This document shows, piece by piece, positions 1 through 10,449 of a stretch of DNA of 64,000 nt; the stretch's first letter is position 1, and each line of letters starts with the position of its first letter. The stretch is from the NCBI GenBank assembly GCA_965200315.1, contig OZ241362.1, positions 4,832,001-4,896,000 on the forward strand. The letters run 5' to 3'. The notes beneath the pieces were generated by a model that worked only from the letters and a program-made list of their open reading frames with translations, did no database searches and was not told where the DNA came from. A program made the position numbers and the translations under genes. This stretch comes from Candidatus Latescibacterota bacterium. GTDB lineage: Bacteria; Latescibacterota; UBA2968; UBA8231.

Positions 1-1689
1 TTCTTCTACTACTACAAAACGATCCCCCGCCACTTGGGTGTATTGGTCGATTAAACCGCTGGGCCAGCGGATTTCCAAGGTATCCGCTGCGACATTCGGC
101 CCTAGTCCAAAAGTGAGCCACAGACTGTTGTGCGATAGGTAGCTCGAGCCGGCGGCCACTTCTCTGAGCTGTTGCTGGCCGCCAGCGACTAGGCGCACTC
201 TGGCGCCGATGCCGTCGCGGTTGCTGTTGCGGCCCAAGGTGCGAACGGTTAGCCAGTGATTGCCGCTGGCAGTGTCGTTGCGCAGCAAGGTGGGCGCATC
301 GTTTTTGTTGACCACGAAAATATCCTCGTCGCCGTCGCCGTCGTAATCGCCGACCGCAGTGCCCCGGCTCGACTTGACGATCTGCAGACCCGGACCGGCT
401 TGTGCGCTCAGATCGACGAAGACAGTACCATCGTTGCGGAAGAGATTGTTCTTTTGGGCGTAGCTCGACTGCGGAAAATAGTCCTCTAGGGCCGCAGTAA
501 CGTGGCCGTTGGCAATGAAGATATCTAGGTCGCCATCGCGGTCCCAGTCGAAGAAAGCCGTGCCCCACTGCAGCGGCATGAGCGTAGTGCGGGCGACGCC
601 AGCGGCAAAGGAGATATTGGCGAAGGCGTGGCCGTCGTTGCGGTGGAGGGTGGCGGTCTGACCTTCGTAGTTGCTCACCGCTAGGTCTAGGTCGCCATCG
701 TTGTCCCAGTCGCCAGCGGCCAGACCCATGCTGCCCTCGGGCCGTCCATCGCCGTCGTAGGCCACGCCCAAGGCCAAGGCTTCTTCGGCAAAGGTGGCGT
801 CGCCTTGGTTGGTGTAGAGGAAGTTGGGAGTGGCGTCGTTGGCCACGTAGATATCCAGAAAGCCGTCGTCGTTCCAGTCTAGGAAGGTGGCTCCCAGCGT
901 CTTGCCTAGAACGGCGTTGAGTCCGGCACTAGTGCTGACGTTGGCAAACGCGCCGTTGCCGTCGTTGCGATACAGCACATCGGGCTGGCCGGCAAATGCT
1001 TCGGGCGAGGCTACGCTGGCTACTCCGCGCTGGCCGCCGAAGAAACCGTCGCGCTGCTCGCCGGGCAGCAGGGTGGTCGCTGGATCGAAGACTACGTAAT
1101 TGCCCGCAAAAAGGTCTAGATCGCCGTCGTTGTCGTAGTCCCCGAAAGCGCAGGCCGTGCCGTAGCCCTCGTCGGCTACTCCGGCCAGTGCGCCGGTCTC
1201 GGCAAAGGCGCCGTTGCCTTGGTTGGCAAAGAGGAGATTGGGGCCGTAGTAGGTGATGTACAGGTCGGCGTCGCCGTCGTTGTCGTAGTCCCCGGCCACA
1301 CAGCCGGAGCCCCAGCCGCTGGCATCGGTACCAGTCTGTTGGCTGACATTGGCGAAGGTGCCGTCGCCCCGATTGCGAAACAGGGCGTTGCGCGGAACTT
1401 TGCCGTTGGCCGGCGGCGGCACATCGCGCGGCAGATCGGCATAGCGCGGCCCCGTAAAGCCCAGGCCACCGTTGACGATGTACAGGTCGAGCCGACCGTC
1501 GCCGTCGTAGTCGAAAAAGGCGGCACCCGATCCGGTCGTCTCTAGGATCGTGAGGGCGTTGTTGTTGCCGTACCAATTGCGGAAGACCAGCCCCGCCTCC
1601 CGGGTTGCATCGGCGAAGCGGGGCTGGGCATTGCAGATGGCAGCGCCGAGGAGAGCGGCTAGGAGCAGAAAATTGATTGTTGACGCCAG
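1..1689 (-). CDS. CRTAC1/ASPIC-UnbV family FG-GAP repeat protein (3' end runs off the window; probable CTG start)
   Basis: Manually translated parts of this minus frame, which is absent from the ORF track because no stop lies in the window. Signal-like N-terminus FLLLAALLGAAICNAQPRFADAT, then ETTGSGAAFFDYDGDGRLDLYIVN, FLDWNDDGFLDIYVAND, GDWDNDGDLDL and a C-terminal RWPSG, all typical of ASPIC/UnbV proteins. Confidence 0.85.
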   Translation of the reverse strand, partial: MASTINFLLLAALLGAAICNAQPRFADATREAGLVFRNWYGNNNALTILETTGSGAAFFDYDGDGRLDLYIVNGGLGFTGPRYADLPRDVPPPANGKVPRNALFRNRGDGTFANVSQQTGTDASGWGSGCVAGDYDNDGDADLYITYYGPNLLFANQGNGAFAETGALAGVADEGYGTACAFGDYDNDGDLDLFAGNYVVFDPATTLLPGEQRDGFFGGQRGVASVASPEAFAGQPDVLYRNDGNGAFANVSTSAGLNAVLGKTLGATFLDWNDDGFLDIYVANDATPNFLYTNQGDATFAEEALALGVAYDGDGRPEGSMGLAAGDWDNDGDLDLAVSNYEGQTATLHRNDGHAFANISFAAGVARTTLMPLQWGTAFFDWDRDGDLDIFIANGHVTAALEDYFPQSSYAQKNNLFRNDGTVFVDLSAQAGPGLQIVKSSRGTAVGDYDGDGDEDIFVVNKNDAPTLLRNDTASGNHWLTVRTLGRNSNRDGIGARVRLVAGGQQQLREVAAGSSYLSHNSLWLTFGLGPNVAADTLEIRWPSGLIDQYTQVAGDRFVVVEE

Positions 1690-1712
1690 TGCCCTTACCC
1701 CCCTCGGCTAGT

Positions 1713-1749
1713 AAGAAGCCGTCTTGGAAAAGACCCAAGACGGCTTCTT
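1713..1749 (-). terminator. Stem-loop / intrinsic terminator downstream of the FlgD-tail gene
   Basis: Perfect 15-bp inverted repeat AAGAAGCCGTCTTGG / CCAAGACGGCTTCTT with a 7-nt loop. Confidence 0.65.
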
Positions 1750-1790
1750 TGAGGCTGCACGGAGCGAAGCCCCTGCGGTTTAGCGGAGCC

Positions 1791-3665
1791 TTATTTGAGG
1801 AAGGTCATTGCCCGCGATTCAACGAACGAGCCCGCCTCCATGCGGTAGTAATAAACGCCGCTGGAAACCAACTCGCCGCTGGCATCGCGCGCATCCCAAT
1901 CAGCCCGGTATTTGCCTGCGGTCATGGTCTGGTCGGCCAAGGTGGCCACCAACTGACCGGCGGCATTAAAGACTTGCAACTTCACGTGGGCTTCGGCATC
2001 GGGGATGGTAAACTCGATGACGGTGGTCGGGTTGAAGGGGTTCGGAGTGGCATTGCCCAGACTATACGCGTCGGGGGTGCTGGCGGCCACCTCTGCTATA
2101 GCGGTGGCGTCGGCACCCAACTTGCCCGAGGCCAAGGCCGTAGGCGTATAGAGCAGCAGGTGGGGGCCGTAGGGGTTAGAGGTCTCGTCGTCCCCATAGC
2201 CGTAGGAAAAGGTTTCTAAGCGCATGCCGTTTCTCGTATAGAGACCGTCGTAGGGACCGCCCTCCTGCAATAGGAGAAAACGGGTGCCTCCCGGCCGCAT
2301 CTGGCCCCAGCTAGCGGGGAATTCGATTTCAAAGGCGCAGGCACCGTCGCGCCCCAGTGCGCTTATGGTCGCCGCCCGGCTGCCAGCATTGATAAAGACG
2401 AGGTTGCTGGTTTTGTCGGCGGTGACGCCCAAGTTGTTTATTCTGGAACCGCCCAAGGCGCCGATGGCGGCGGCTTCTTCATTGGAAATAGCGTCGCCGC
2501 ACAAATCGCCGTTGCGGTTGGCCCACATCACATTGCCGTCGTGGTCTAAGCGCAGAATGGTCGGGTGGGCCCACGAAGAGACCCAGATGCCGTCGTCGGT
2601 CACCGAAATCTGAGCGGGGCCGTCGCCGCGGACGCCCTCGTTGCCGTCGTCATCGACTGTGATCGTGTTGTAGAATTCGGTTACATCGAATGCTTGGGTG
2701 ATTTCGCCGGTGGTTTTGTCGCGCACTTCAACGGCGTTGAAGGGGACCTCTTGCTTGCCCCACAGGGCGTTGAACACCACATCGCCTTTGGGCTGAAATT
2801 CGACGATGCGGTCGCCGTTGGTATTGGGCGACTGGCCGTTGGTGCCGAATTCGGTGACTCGATCCCAAGATTGAGCGGCGCGGTTAATGCGGATTTTGTA
2901 GAGCCCGCCGAACTCTTCGCGGCGATGGGAGGTCCAAAAAATCTCTGGGTCCTGATCGTCTATGCGCATGCCGCCAAAGGTGCGGGCACCCTCAAAGCCG
3001 AAGTCGAATCTCCAGCGCTCCCAAGCGTTGGGGTTGGCCAGATAGTCCGTGCCCAAGGTGCCGCGGACCATGTCGCCGGCCGTGTGGCCCCGGTCGGGGA
3101 CTTCGCGCTCGTATTCTTGGACCCAGATTTCGGGCGGATCCTGCGAGGTGTCAATATTGGGGGCAGTGAACCCCGTGGGGCCTGCCCCAGGACCGGCCAG
3201 AACCGGCCTGTCGAGGTTGTTGACCGCGACCACGTCGAACTCGTAGTCGCCGGCTCCCGCGGCATTGCCCTCCCAGTCGTTGCCGTCCCAAGTAACGGAG
3301 CCATCGCCGGCTTCGGAGACCTGACCTGGCGTGGTGGCGATGTACATATCTTGGGGCTCTAAACGCAGCCAAGCGCCGGCTGGTCCCCGCTCTCCAGTTT
3401 CGCTGCTGCCTTTGCGGTAGATCACTACCCAGACCGTGGCGCGTTGGTTGATGGTAAAGGGAATGTCCACGCTACCGTTGCCGTCGTAGGCCACATCGTG
3501 AGTGGAAACGGCCATTGGATTGAACTCACCGGAGATGTCAGGTAGCTCAAAGGCATCTCCATAGTCAGGGCCTTGAGGGAAGGTCTGCTCGTCCTGTGCC
3601 CACGTCGCACCGACGGCGAGTGCTGCTATTGACCAGCTAATGGCCAAAATGCGCAATTTACGCAT
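1791..3665 (-). CDS. Secreted protein with FlgD Ig-like domains and a T9SS type-A-like C-terminal tail
   Basis: Signal peptide ending TWA-Q. Internal TWDGNDWEGNAAGAGDY. C-terminal YSLGNATPNPFNPTTVIEF...WDARDASGELVSSGVYYYRM...MTFLK. AAGGAGG RBS. Confidence 0.85.
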   Translation of the reverse strand: MRKLRILAISWSIAALAVGATWAQDEQTFPQGPDYGDAFELPDISGEFNPMAVSTHDVAYDGNGSVDIPFTINQRATVWVVIYRKGSSETGERGPAGAWLRLEPQDMYIATTPGQVSEAGDGSVTWDGNDWEGNAAGAGDYEFDVVAVNNLDRPVLAGPGAGPTGFTAPNIDTSQDPPEIWVQEYEREVPDRGHTAGDMVRGTLGTDYLANPNAWERWRFDFGFEGARTFGGMRIDDQDPEIFWTSHRREEFGGLYKIRINRAAQSWDRVTEFGTNGQSPNTNGDRIVEFQPKGDVVFNALWGKQEVPFNAVEVRDKTTGEITQAFDVTEFYNTITVDDDGNEGVRGDGPAQISVTDDGIWVSSWAHPTILRLDHDGNVMWANRNGDLCGDAISNEEAAAIGALGGSRINNLGVTADKTSNLVFINAGSRAATISALGRDGACAFEIEFPASWGQMRPGGTRFLLLQEGGPYDGLYTRNGMRLETFSYGYGDDETSNPYGPHLLLYTPTALASGKLGADATAIAEVAASTPDAYSLGNATPNPFNPTTVIEFTIPDAEAHVKLQVFNAAGQLVATLADQTMTAGKYRADWDARDASGELVSSGVYYYRMEAGSFVESRAMTFLK

Positions 3666-3772
3666 GGTGCCTCCTTGGTTCGAGGAAATAGTGAATAACT
3701 ACCTGCTGCAAAATCAGTAACTCAATAAAAATAAATAAGTTGAATTCTTAAATAGCCGAATTTCTTCGTAAG

Positions 3773-3801
3773 GAGATATGACTTTTGAACAAGCATGTCA
3801 A
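3773..3801 (-). promoter_or_regulatory. Putative sigma70 promoter for the FlgD-tail gene
   Basis: Minus strand TTGACA-17 nt-TATCTC in an AT-rich intergenic stretch. Confidence 0.4.
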
Positions 3802-3843
3802 GCATTTTGTTAAGAGGTTCTTGCCCCTGATTTTTATCGGCGA

Positions 3844-5394
3844 TCAGGCGGAATTTTTGAATTCGACACTGTAGAGCTCGCCGCAGCGCATCTGAAAGCC
3901 CAGCGAGATCGGCCCTTCGCCTTGGTGGCCCAAGTCGGCTTCGCCGTTCCAGGTCACTTCGCGATCTAGGTGGTCGCCCACTAGCCAATCGCAGTCCTCG
4001 AATGAGCGGCCGGGCAGGGGCTGGTACTTGCGGTCCATGACCTGCACCTTTACGCTGCCTCCGGGCACGGTCTTGAAGTTGAGGTGGACGCGGCGCTGCT
4101 CAACTGCTAGCTGAAAGGTTCTGAAGCGCCCCTCTACCGGTGCTTCCAAGGCAGCGAGCCGTCCCTTGGGCCACCCAGCCCAGGCAATGTGCCCGTGCGG
4201 GGGCTGGCGCAGATGCTTGTGAGGCTCTGGCGAGCCGCATATAGTGATGCCCATGCGCTCGCCGGGCAAAGGCACTAGGCCGACGCCGGCTGACACCGCC
4301 CCCTCGACCCATGTGCCCCCATCGCCGGGTTCGCACACTGGTCCGCCGGGCACGAAGTTCCACACCACATTGTCCGGGCTGGCGGCCAACACGAAGCTGA
4401 AGGAATCGTCGATCAAGCGCCAGCGCAGCGGGAACATGAGGTGGTAGTCGGTGGTGCCCGGCATTTTTGTTTTGGAATTGGCGTACCACAAATCGTAGGG
4501 TTCAGCCGCGGCGTTGGGCCAGAAGACTTCCTCGGACAGGGGTAGGCGGCGGAAATCTACAGAAGCAGTGCGACCGATGCTGCGGCGGTTGAAGAAATGG
4601 CTGCGGCAATAGGCCACGTACTGTCCCAGCACTGGATCGTACTCGCAGACATTGAGGGTGTCGCTGATTTGCGCGACGAGCGGATCGGGGATGGGCGTCC
4701 AGCTAAAGCCGTCGGGCGAGATGGCGCCGAACAGGCCATCCCACTTTTCTGCCTCCAGATTGAGCGCCCCCACCTCGCCGGGCCTCTGCTGCAGGTAGCG
4801 CTCCTTTTGCGCTGGGCTTAGCTGGCCTATGTAGATCATTTTGTAGCGCTCTTCTGAAGAGGCCGACTCATCCTTGAATACGGTAGCACCGTGCAGACCG
4901 GTCTCTTCGACTTGGGGCAGCCCGTAGACAATATTGTTGTCCTTGGAACCCTTGCGATCGATCCGGCCCTGCGCGGGAAAGCGCCAGTTTTCACCGTCGT
5001 CCGATTCGGCGTAGCAGATGTAGTCGGCGGCGCCTATGGGGTATTTTTCGTGGCCGACATGTTCGCCCGCGAACAATTCGTACCAGAGGCGGTAGCGCCC
5101 CTCTTCGCGGATTACGGTGCCGGGCCAGATAAAGCCTTCGTCCGCCGCTGGCAGGAGGAAAGGCTCGCTCTTAGTCGCTGGTTTGGCGCGCAGGCGGATG
5201 CCGGTGGGCATGTAATTCGGCTCGTGTATCAGCGGAGGTCTCTCGTCGTTGGTCCAGATGCGCAGCCATTGACCTTCGGCGTTGCGCCAGCCGGTCGAAT
5301 GACTGCCGTGATGGATGTAGCGCCAGTCGTGAAAGTAGATAATATTCGACGGCAATTTGTAGGGCGGGCGCTGGTTGCGGATGGGAGAAATCAC
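3844..5394 (-). CDS. Putative five-bladed beta-propeller glycoside hydrolase-like protein
   Basis: 516 aa. GTVIREEGRYRLWYE, ICYAESDDGENW, ERYKMIY, SPDGFSW, SDT.N...YDPVLGQYVAY, followed by a C-terminal beta-sandwich-like region. No signal peptide. Confidence 0.65.
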   Translation of the reverse strand: MISPIRNQRPPYKLPSNIIYFHDWRYIHHGSHSTGWRNAEGQWLRIWTNDERPPLIHEPNYMPTGIRLRAKPATKSEPFLLPAADEGFIWPGTVIREEGRYRLWYELFAGEHVGHEKYPIGAADYICYAESDDGENWRFPAQGRIDRKGSKDNNIVYGLPQVEETGLHGATVFKDESASSEERYKMIYIGQLSPAQKERYLQQRPGEVGALNLEAEKWDGLFGAISPDGFSWTPIPDPLVAQISDTLNVCEYDPVLGQYVAYCRSHFFNRRSIGRTASVDFRRLPLSEEVFWPNAAAEPYDLWYANSKTKMPGTTDYHLMFPLRWRLIDDSFSFVLAASPDNVVWNFVPGGPVCEPGDGGTWVEGAVSAGVGLVPLPGERMGITICGSPEPHKHLRQPPHGHIAWAGWPKGRLAALEAPVEGRFRTFQLAVEQRRVHLNFKTVPGGSVKVQVMDRKYQPLPGRSFEDCDWLVGDHLDREVTWNGEADLGHQGEGPISLGFQMRCGELYSVEFKNSA

Positions 5395-5432
5395 GGTGTT
5401 GTCCTTTGCCGAGAATGCGGCTTGGTTGCCAG

Positions 5433-8369
5433 TTATAGGAGCCGTCCATATTCGGTAAAGCCGATTAGGACGCGGGCGAAAAAAGTCAGCGCATCAAAGG
5501 CATCGCTGTCCCGCGATTCCTCGTCGAATGTCTTGACCTCCCGCTGCAATCCCACGATCGTGCGCAGATCGTAGCCGAAATACTTCGAGCGGTTGTTCAC
5601 GTTGAGATACAATGTGTGCTGGTCAAAACTGTTGCGGGCATTGACCCGGTCCTCGACCCGGTAGGGCAGCGGCCCCAAGCCTTGGATGCCCAACTGTAGT
5701 TGGCTGCGCTGCATCAGCGGTAGGGTACAGCGCAGGATGGGAATGACACTGAGTTCCGAGCGCACGGTGCGGTGGGTGTAGCGGCCGTCGAGTTGGCGGT
5801 CGGCGGCTTGGTCCACTAGGCGCAGCAGCAGAACCTTGAACTGGGGTTGGATCTGCAGCCGGTGCCAATGCCAAGTGTAGTCGGCGCGGCTGACCCAAGT
5901 AAAGAAGTCGAGCCGTTTGTCGCGTTGGACTAGGCCGCCGGGCAAAGGACCGGCTTGTTGCCAGTTGAAGCGCAGGCGGATTTTGTGGACCATCTGGAGG
6001 GTGGACCAGGGATTGAGCCAGCTCTCCAGATAGGTGTCGTTGACGTAGCTGTTGCGATACAGCAGCGGGTCGGCGCGGAAATTGTTGGTGAAAGAGGGCT
6101 TATTGCCGGCGACCAAGCCGCGAAAATCTGTATCTATGCGCTTCGGCCGTTCGACCAGCACGGAGAATTCGTCGGCAATATCGTCTTTGACGTGGCGCAG
6201 GTGGTTTTCGAAAAACAGCCGCTGCAGCCGCCCCAACTCTTCGCGCCGGTAGGTCACCAGTGCGTAGGTCGATTTGTTGCGCCCGCCGCCCGCGATTTGT
6301 TCGATGTCGTAGCGCCCCGCCCCCAAAGACCACTCGGACGTCAGGTCCAGTTGGCCGAATAGGTGGATGCCGCGCTGGTCGGCGTCGTAGGGGTAATCGG
6401 GGTCTAGGTCGTCCTCGCGCACATCGGGATCGTCGTTGTTGTTGCGGTCGAGGCCGTAGAAGAAGTCGTTGGATTCGACGTAGTACATGAGGAAGGGCTC
6501 GACGTAGTCGGGCACATCGTTGAAGTTGCGGTTGGTGTCGGGCAGGCCGTCGTTGTCGTCGTCTTGGCCGGGAAACACGCCGTCGATGTCTTCGTCTTCG
6601 CGGTCGTTGGGTTGCCCCTGAAGATTGCCTACGCGCTTGTCCGGGTAGCGGTCGCCGTCCTCGTTGTCCTGCACCAGATCCCAGAAGATGGTGTTGTTGG
6701 TCAGGCCGGCCAGCGTAGTTTCTGTCAAACCGATTTCAAATGGTACAAAGGTGCGCATTTCCGTGTGAAAGTCTGGATTCATGGCAAAAACTTCGGCCCC
6801 GAGGCGGCCTCCCTTGAACCAGCGCACGGCATTGATGTACCAGGCCGATCCTTTCTCGGAGAAGCGCGGCCCCCGGTCGTACAGTGTGGTCTCGTCCATG
6901 CGCGCCGGAAAGCGGGAGTAGCGCGCGGAGCGGGCGTATTCTCCGTTGATTTCTAGGCCGGCTAGGGCAAGGTGCATATCGGTGCTGTAGGTGAAAAGCG
7001 ACGTGTTTTCGCCCACATTGATCCGTCTTCTGGCCAGATTAGAGCCGTCCTGCACATTGCCATCGGCGCGCAGGACAAGCCGGTAGAATGTGCTCACGTA
7101 CTGATTGGGATAGCCGCGTCCCCGCGGATTGCTGAGATTGAGGGTAGCCACTTCTACTCGGTAGTCATTGGCCATCGCCGCTTCCACGGCCACCGATTCC
7201 ACGTAGGGCTCCTGTGACAGATCGAAGAGGAACACCAAGTGCTCGTTGCCGTCGGCTTGGAGGATCTCCTCGGATGATTCGAGTTTGAACGTGGCTAGCA
7301 GCCCTGCGAGGTTGGTATTCTTACTCACGTCAATGCCGGCCTCGTGGTCGGCGCGATAGAGGTAATCGGCAAAGAGCGGCATATCGTTTCTGCCGCGGTA
7401 GTAGAGCGTGGCCATCTGGTAATAGCCCCGAGGGCTAGTGTAAATGGTCGGGTTGAATTGGCCCGTCAGCCGGGAGATGGTGCCCACCTGCGTATCTACA
7501 CCTTCGAAGTGGCGAATCACTGTTGGCACGATATCGGGCCGGGCTTCGCCGTTAAGTATGAGTTGCGCTTCCTGCACCAAGGCACCGCCGCGGCCGTCGT
7601 GGGGCGAGTCATCGGTAAAGCGCACCACAATCAGGTCCATGGACGGCAGCTTGGGTCTCAGGGAACCTTTGAGGCTGTTGTTGTCTTGGGTGCTTTGATA
7701 CACGTGCGTGTTCACGCCGTTTAGGCCCAGCCGCAGGGTCCCGATATCTGTTTCCAGTCGCGTCCCCAATAGGATGGTCGAATCATCAGCAAAGTGCGTA
7801 TTTTCGATGGCCCAGGGGGGAACGGATTCGATGTAAAAATGAGGGCGTTCGATGCGCGATCCTAGGAAGGTGAAGCGGGCATAAGGCGTGGCCAAATCGA
7901 AGCGGACACCATTAAAGTCAACTTGCGACAGGGTCAACGGCGTGAAGCGGGCAATCAGTCCATCGCCGACAATGGCGCTGTAGCCCCAGTCGTTATAGCT
8001 GTCGCGGCCCACCACCAGAAAATCGAAAACCGTGCTCCACTGGTTGCGATCCTTGAAGATGCTGCTGCCGTATTCCTGACCGAGCGTGCGGCGCTCGGTC
8101 CAGTCGTACAGGTCGTAACCCGTGATGAGGGGATCGCCGAAGGAATCGTAGAAGGCCCGAGGTCGGTCGGCGTAGGGGAAGGTGTGGTCCGGGTAGTTGG
8201 AATAGCCCTGAAAGGCGTAGTTATTGTACTGGGGCAACTGCCGCCAGAGAAAGTCTTGGGAAGGCAGAATCTCGGGAATGCCCAAGCGCGGCGTTTGCGC
8301 CCAGCTCGGGACTATTGCCCACAGCAGCACTAGGAGCACTCCGCAGATGTGTATTGTCGGCTTTTTCAT
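5433..8369 (-). CDS. Large exported protein of unknown family (paralog 1); probable outer-membrane protein with Asp-rich Ca-binding repeats
   Basis: 978 aa with signal peptide. Shares YxNY, YDxFG, DSYxxW, NG(I/V)R(W/F)D, GxFPGxDxxxDG, PDYxEPFL and PDYPY with 10446-13172 and 13177-15891. Amphipathic C-terminal strands (FFARVLIGF). Confidence 0.75.
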   Translation of the reverse strand: MKKPTIHICGVLLVLLWAIVPSWAQTPRLGIPEILPSQDFLWRQLPQYNNYAFQGYSNYPDHTFPYADRPRAFYDSFGDPLITGYDLYDWTERRTLGQEYGSSIFKDRNQWSTVFDFLVVGRDSYNDWGYSAIVGDGLIARFTPLTLSQVDFNGVRFDLATPYARFTFLGSRIERPHFYIESVPPWAIENTHFADDSTILLGTRLETDIGTLRLGLNGVNTHVYQSTQDNNSLKGSLRPKLPSMDLIVVRFTDDSPHDGRGGALVQEAQLILNGEARPDIVPTVIRHFEGVDTQVGTISRLTGQFNPTIYTSPRGYYQMATLYYRGRNDMPLFADYLYRADHEAGIDVSKNTNLAGLLATFKLESSEEILQADGNEHLVFLFDLSQEPYVESVAVEAAMANDYRVEVATLNLSNPRGRGYPNQYVSTFYRLVLRADGNVQDGSNLARRRINVGENTSLFTYSTDMHLALAGLEINGEYARSARYSRFPARMDETTLYDRGPRFSEKGSAWYINAVRWFKGGRLGAEVFAMNPDFHTEMRTFVPFEIGLTETTLAGLTNNTIFWDLVQDNEDGDRYPDKRVGNLQGQPNDREDEDIDGVFPGQDDDNDGLPDTNRNFNDVPDYVEPFLMYYVESNDFFYGLDRNNNDDPDVREDDLDPDYPYDADQRGIHLFGQLDLTSEWSLGAGRYDIEQIAGGGRNKSTYALVTYRREELGRLQRLFFENHLRHVKDDIADEFSVLVERPKRIDTDFRGLVAGNKPSFTNNFRADPLLYRNSYVNDTYLESWLNPWSTLQMVHKIRLRFNWQQAGPLPGGLVQRDKRLDFFTWVSRADYTWHWHRLQIQPQFKVLLLRLVDQAADRQLDGRYTHRTVRSELSVIPILRCTLPLMQRSQLQLGIQGLGPLPYRVEDRVNARNSFDQHTLYLNVNNRSKYFGYDLRTIVGLQREVKTFDEESRDSDAFDALTFFARVLIGFTEYGRLL

Positions 8370-8382
8370 CTGCCCATTTCCA

Positions 8383-10449
8383 TTAGTACACCACGGCTAC
8401 GACGCGCAGGCGGCTTTTTTCTTCGCGCTCGAGAAGGAGCCGCACGCGCACTAGGTAGAGTCCTGGTGCCACTAGTTCGCCGGCATCGTTCCTGCCGTCC
8501 CATAACGTGGACACGTATTCGCCCGCGCTCAGGGTGGCTGCATATAGGGCGCACACAGGCCGGCCTTGGACATCGAATATGTCCACCTCTACTACTTGAG
8601 GCTCGCTTATCCTCGCTAAGGTAAATTCGATCGCTGTTTCGTCGTTGATGCCGTCGCCGTTGGGGCTAAATGCCTGTGGTACCGGGCGCACATGACTCAA
8701 TAGGGGCCCCTCGACACCACTGGCAGACACCTGCCACGAGCGCGGCTGGCCGCTGTCTGTATCGGGTTCAATGTTCTCCTCGGCATCCAGCGTCGCGCCT
8801 CCGTCTGGACCAGAGACTTGGGCGCGGAACTCGAAGACATTGCTCAACAGCCGTCCGCGGAAACGCATTTCTAGGGTGCCCGCTTGGTGCCAGGGCTCGG
8901 CCAGTACTATATCCAGTGCCGTGCTCGATGCTGCGATTGCGGCGATTTCTATTCCAGACGGGGGCACAATTTCTTCTAGCTCGATCTGACTGGGTAGGGC
9001 AACACGCACCCGCTCTACTCCTAGATCGTCAGCACTGAAACTTAGCGCTAGGCGATACGTGAAAAGGGTGTCGCGGCCCAGCACGGCCCGATTGGGCTCG
9101 ACCCAGCCGCGGACCAGCGAAGCAGGGATCTGGTCGGTGAAATTGACAATCAGACTGTCCAAACGCGGGCCCGCGGCTTCGGATTGAGTTTCCATATTGA
9201 CCCGGTATTGTAGGAAAGTGCGCGGTTCGGGCACCTGCAGCAGGGCCGGACTGGTGTGCACCGGCGCGCTCCAATCGCTCCAAGTGCTGCCGTCGTGCGA
9301 GCTGCGGAATTGCAGCCCGAGCGCGGTACCGTCCGGCACTTGGCTGCCCCAGCGCACGGAGGTAAAATTCTTGCGCTCTCCGGGCCGTCCTAGGTCTAGG
9401 GGCGGCGAGACAAAGTTGCCCGCAGGAGCAATACCGCTGCCCAGCACCTGAATCTCAGCTACTTTGGCGCGCTGCAGCGCATCGACCTCGGCGATGATCA
9501 CTTGCAGGTAACGGGCAAAGACCGGGGCAAAGGCAATGGCTGTGCGCTCGGGTTGATCAATGCCGTGCAGCACACCCATCTCGCTCCAGCCAAACTGGTC
9601 GTTGCTTACTTGGACAGCGTAGCCGCGCAGGGTATTCTGGACAAACTCGTCGGCGTTTCTGCCCTGAGTCAGGACCCGCACCTCGCTGATTAGACGCCGG
9701 TTCAGCAGATCCACTTGGGCAATGGCGTTCAACTCGGTCGGATCTACGGTCCAGCCGGTATTGAAGCGGCCGTCGAATACTTCTGGGCGGTTGGAGGGCA
9801 GTCTGAACGCTAGGTTTTCTCCCTCCACTGAACGCAGACTCAGGCCGCCGGCTGGCTGGCCTATGTCGATGCCACCGGGAAAGCCGGCGATTACATCTGC
9901 CTGCAGCGTATCGGACCAGCCGGATACGCCCGCTCTGTCTAGCTGACCGCGCTGTACTTGCTGCCAAGTGTCCAGTCGGCTCACATCCTTTGTCTGCCAG
10001 CCCGCGTCTTGTTGGGATTCGCCGCTCCAGTACCAAAAATTCTGCAACGCACCAAAGGTGCTGACCCATGACTGCTCTGCGGCGCTTACCTCCACAACTA
10101 GACCGCTGCCGTTGCCCCGGCCGCGATTGACGACGCGCACGGCCAGCTCGTTTTTGCGCCGCTTGAGCTCGACTGGGTACTCTTCCATGGTGGTCCAATT
10201 GTCGTCGCTGCCGATGGTTTCGCCGTTGAGGAAAACCTCGTATTCGTCTGCTGCAGTCAGGCGCAGCAGGGCCGATCCCGCCTCGGGTGCATTGAGGGTA
10301 TGCCGGTAGTACACGGTCTGCTCCCAGTGGTCAACAGTCCATTCCTCCGCATGACCTGTGGTGCCCACCAGCAAGGCCGCGGCCAATAGCAATGGGCGCA
10401 ACTGCAAAGGCGGCGATTTACCCGTCTGGTCTGTTCTCGGCCACCTCAT
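8383..10449 (-). CDS. Secreted discoidin/galactose-binding-like + FlgD protein with gliding-motility (CHU_C-like) C-terminal motif
   Basis: 688 aa. LTAADEYEVFLNG, an F5/8C-like segment (ARYLQV...VAEIQV), PQAFSPNGDGINDET and WDGRNDAGELVAPGLY. Paralog of 15893-17944. Confidence 0.8.
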   Translation of the reverse strand: MRWPRTDQTGKSPPLQLRPLLLAAALLVGTTGHAEEWTVDHWEQTVYYRHTLNAPEAGSALLRLTAADEYEVFLNGETIGSDDNWTTMEEYPVELKRRKNELAVRVVNRGRGNGSGLVVEVSAAEQSWVSTFGALQNFWYWSGESQQDAGWQTKDVSRLDTWQQVQRGQLDRAGVSGWSDTLQADVIAGFPGGIDIGQPAGGLSLRSVEGENLAFRLPSNRPEVFDGRFNTGWTVDPTELNAIAQVDLLNRRLISEVRVLTQGRNADEFVQNTLRGYAVQVSNDQFGWSEMGVLHGIDQPERTAIAFAPVFARYLQVIIAEVDALQRAKVAEIQVLGSGIAPAGNFVSPPLDLGRPGERKNFTSVRWGSQVPDGTALGLQFRSSHDGSTWSDWSAPVHTSPALLQVPEPRTFLQYRVNMETQSEAAGPRLDSLIVNFTDQIPASLVRGWVEPNRAVLGRDTLFTYRLALSFSADDLGVERVRVALPSQIELEEIVPPSGIEIAAIAASSTALDIVLAEPWHQAGTLEMRFRGRLLSNVFEFRAQVSGPDGGATLDAEENIEPDTDSGQPRSWQVSASGVEGPLLSHVRPVPQAFSPNGDGINDETAIEFTLARISEPQVVEVDIFDVQGRPVCALYAATLSAGEYVSTLWDGRNDAGELVAPGLYLVRVRLLLEREEKSRLRVVAVVY

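Noticed and set aside
929-1738. 269-aa minus-strand ORF in the track
   Set aside because: Arg/Pro-rich alternate frame of the real CRTAC1 gene.
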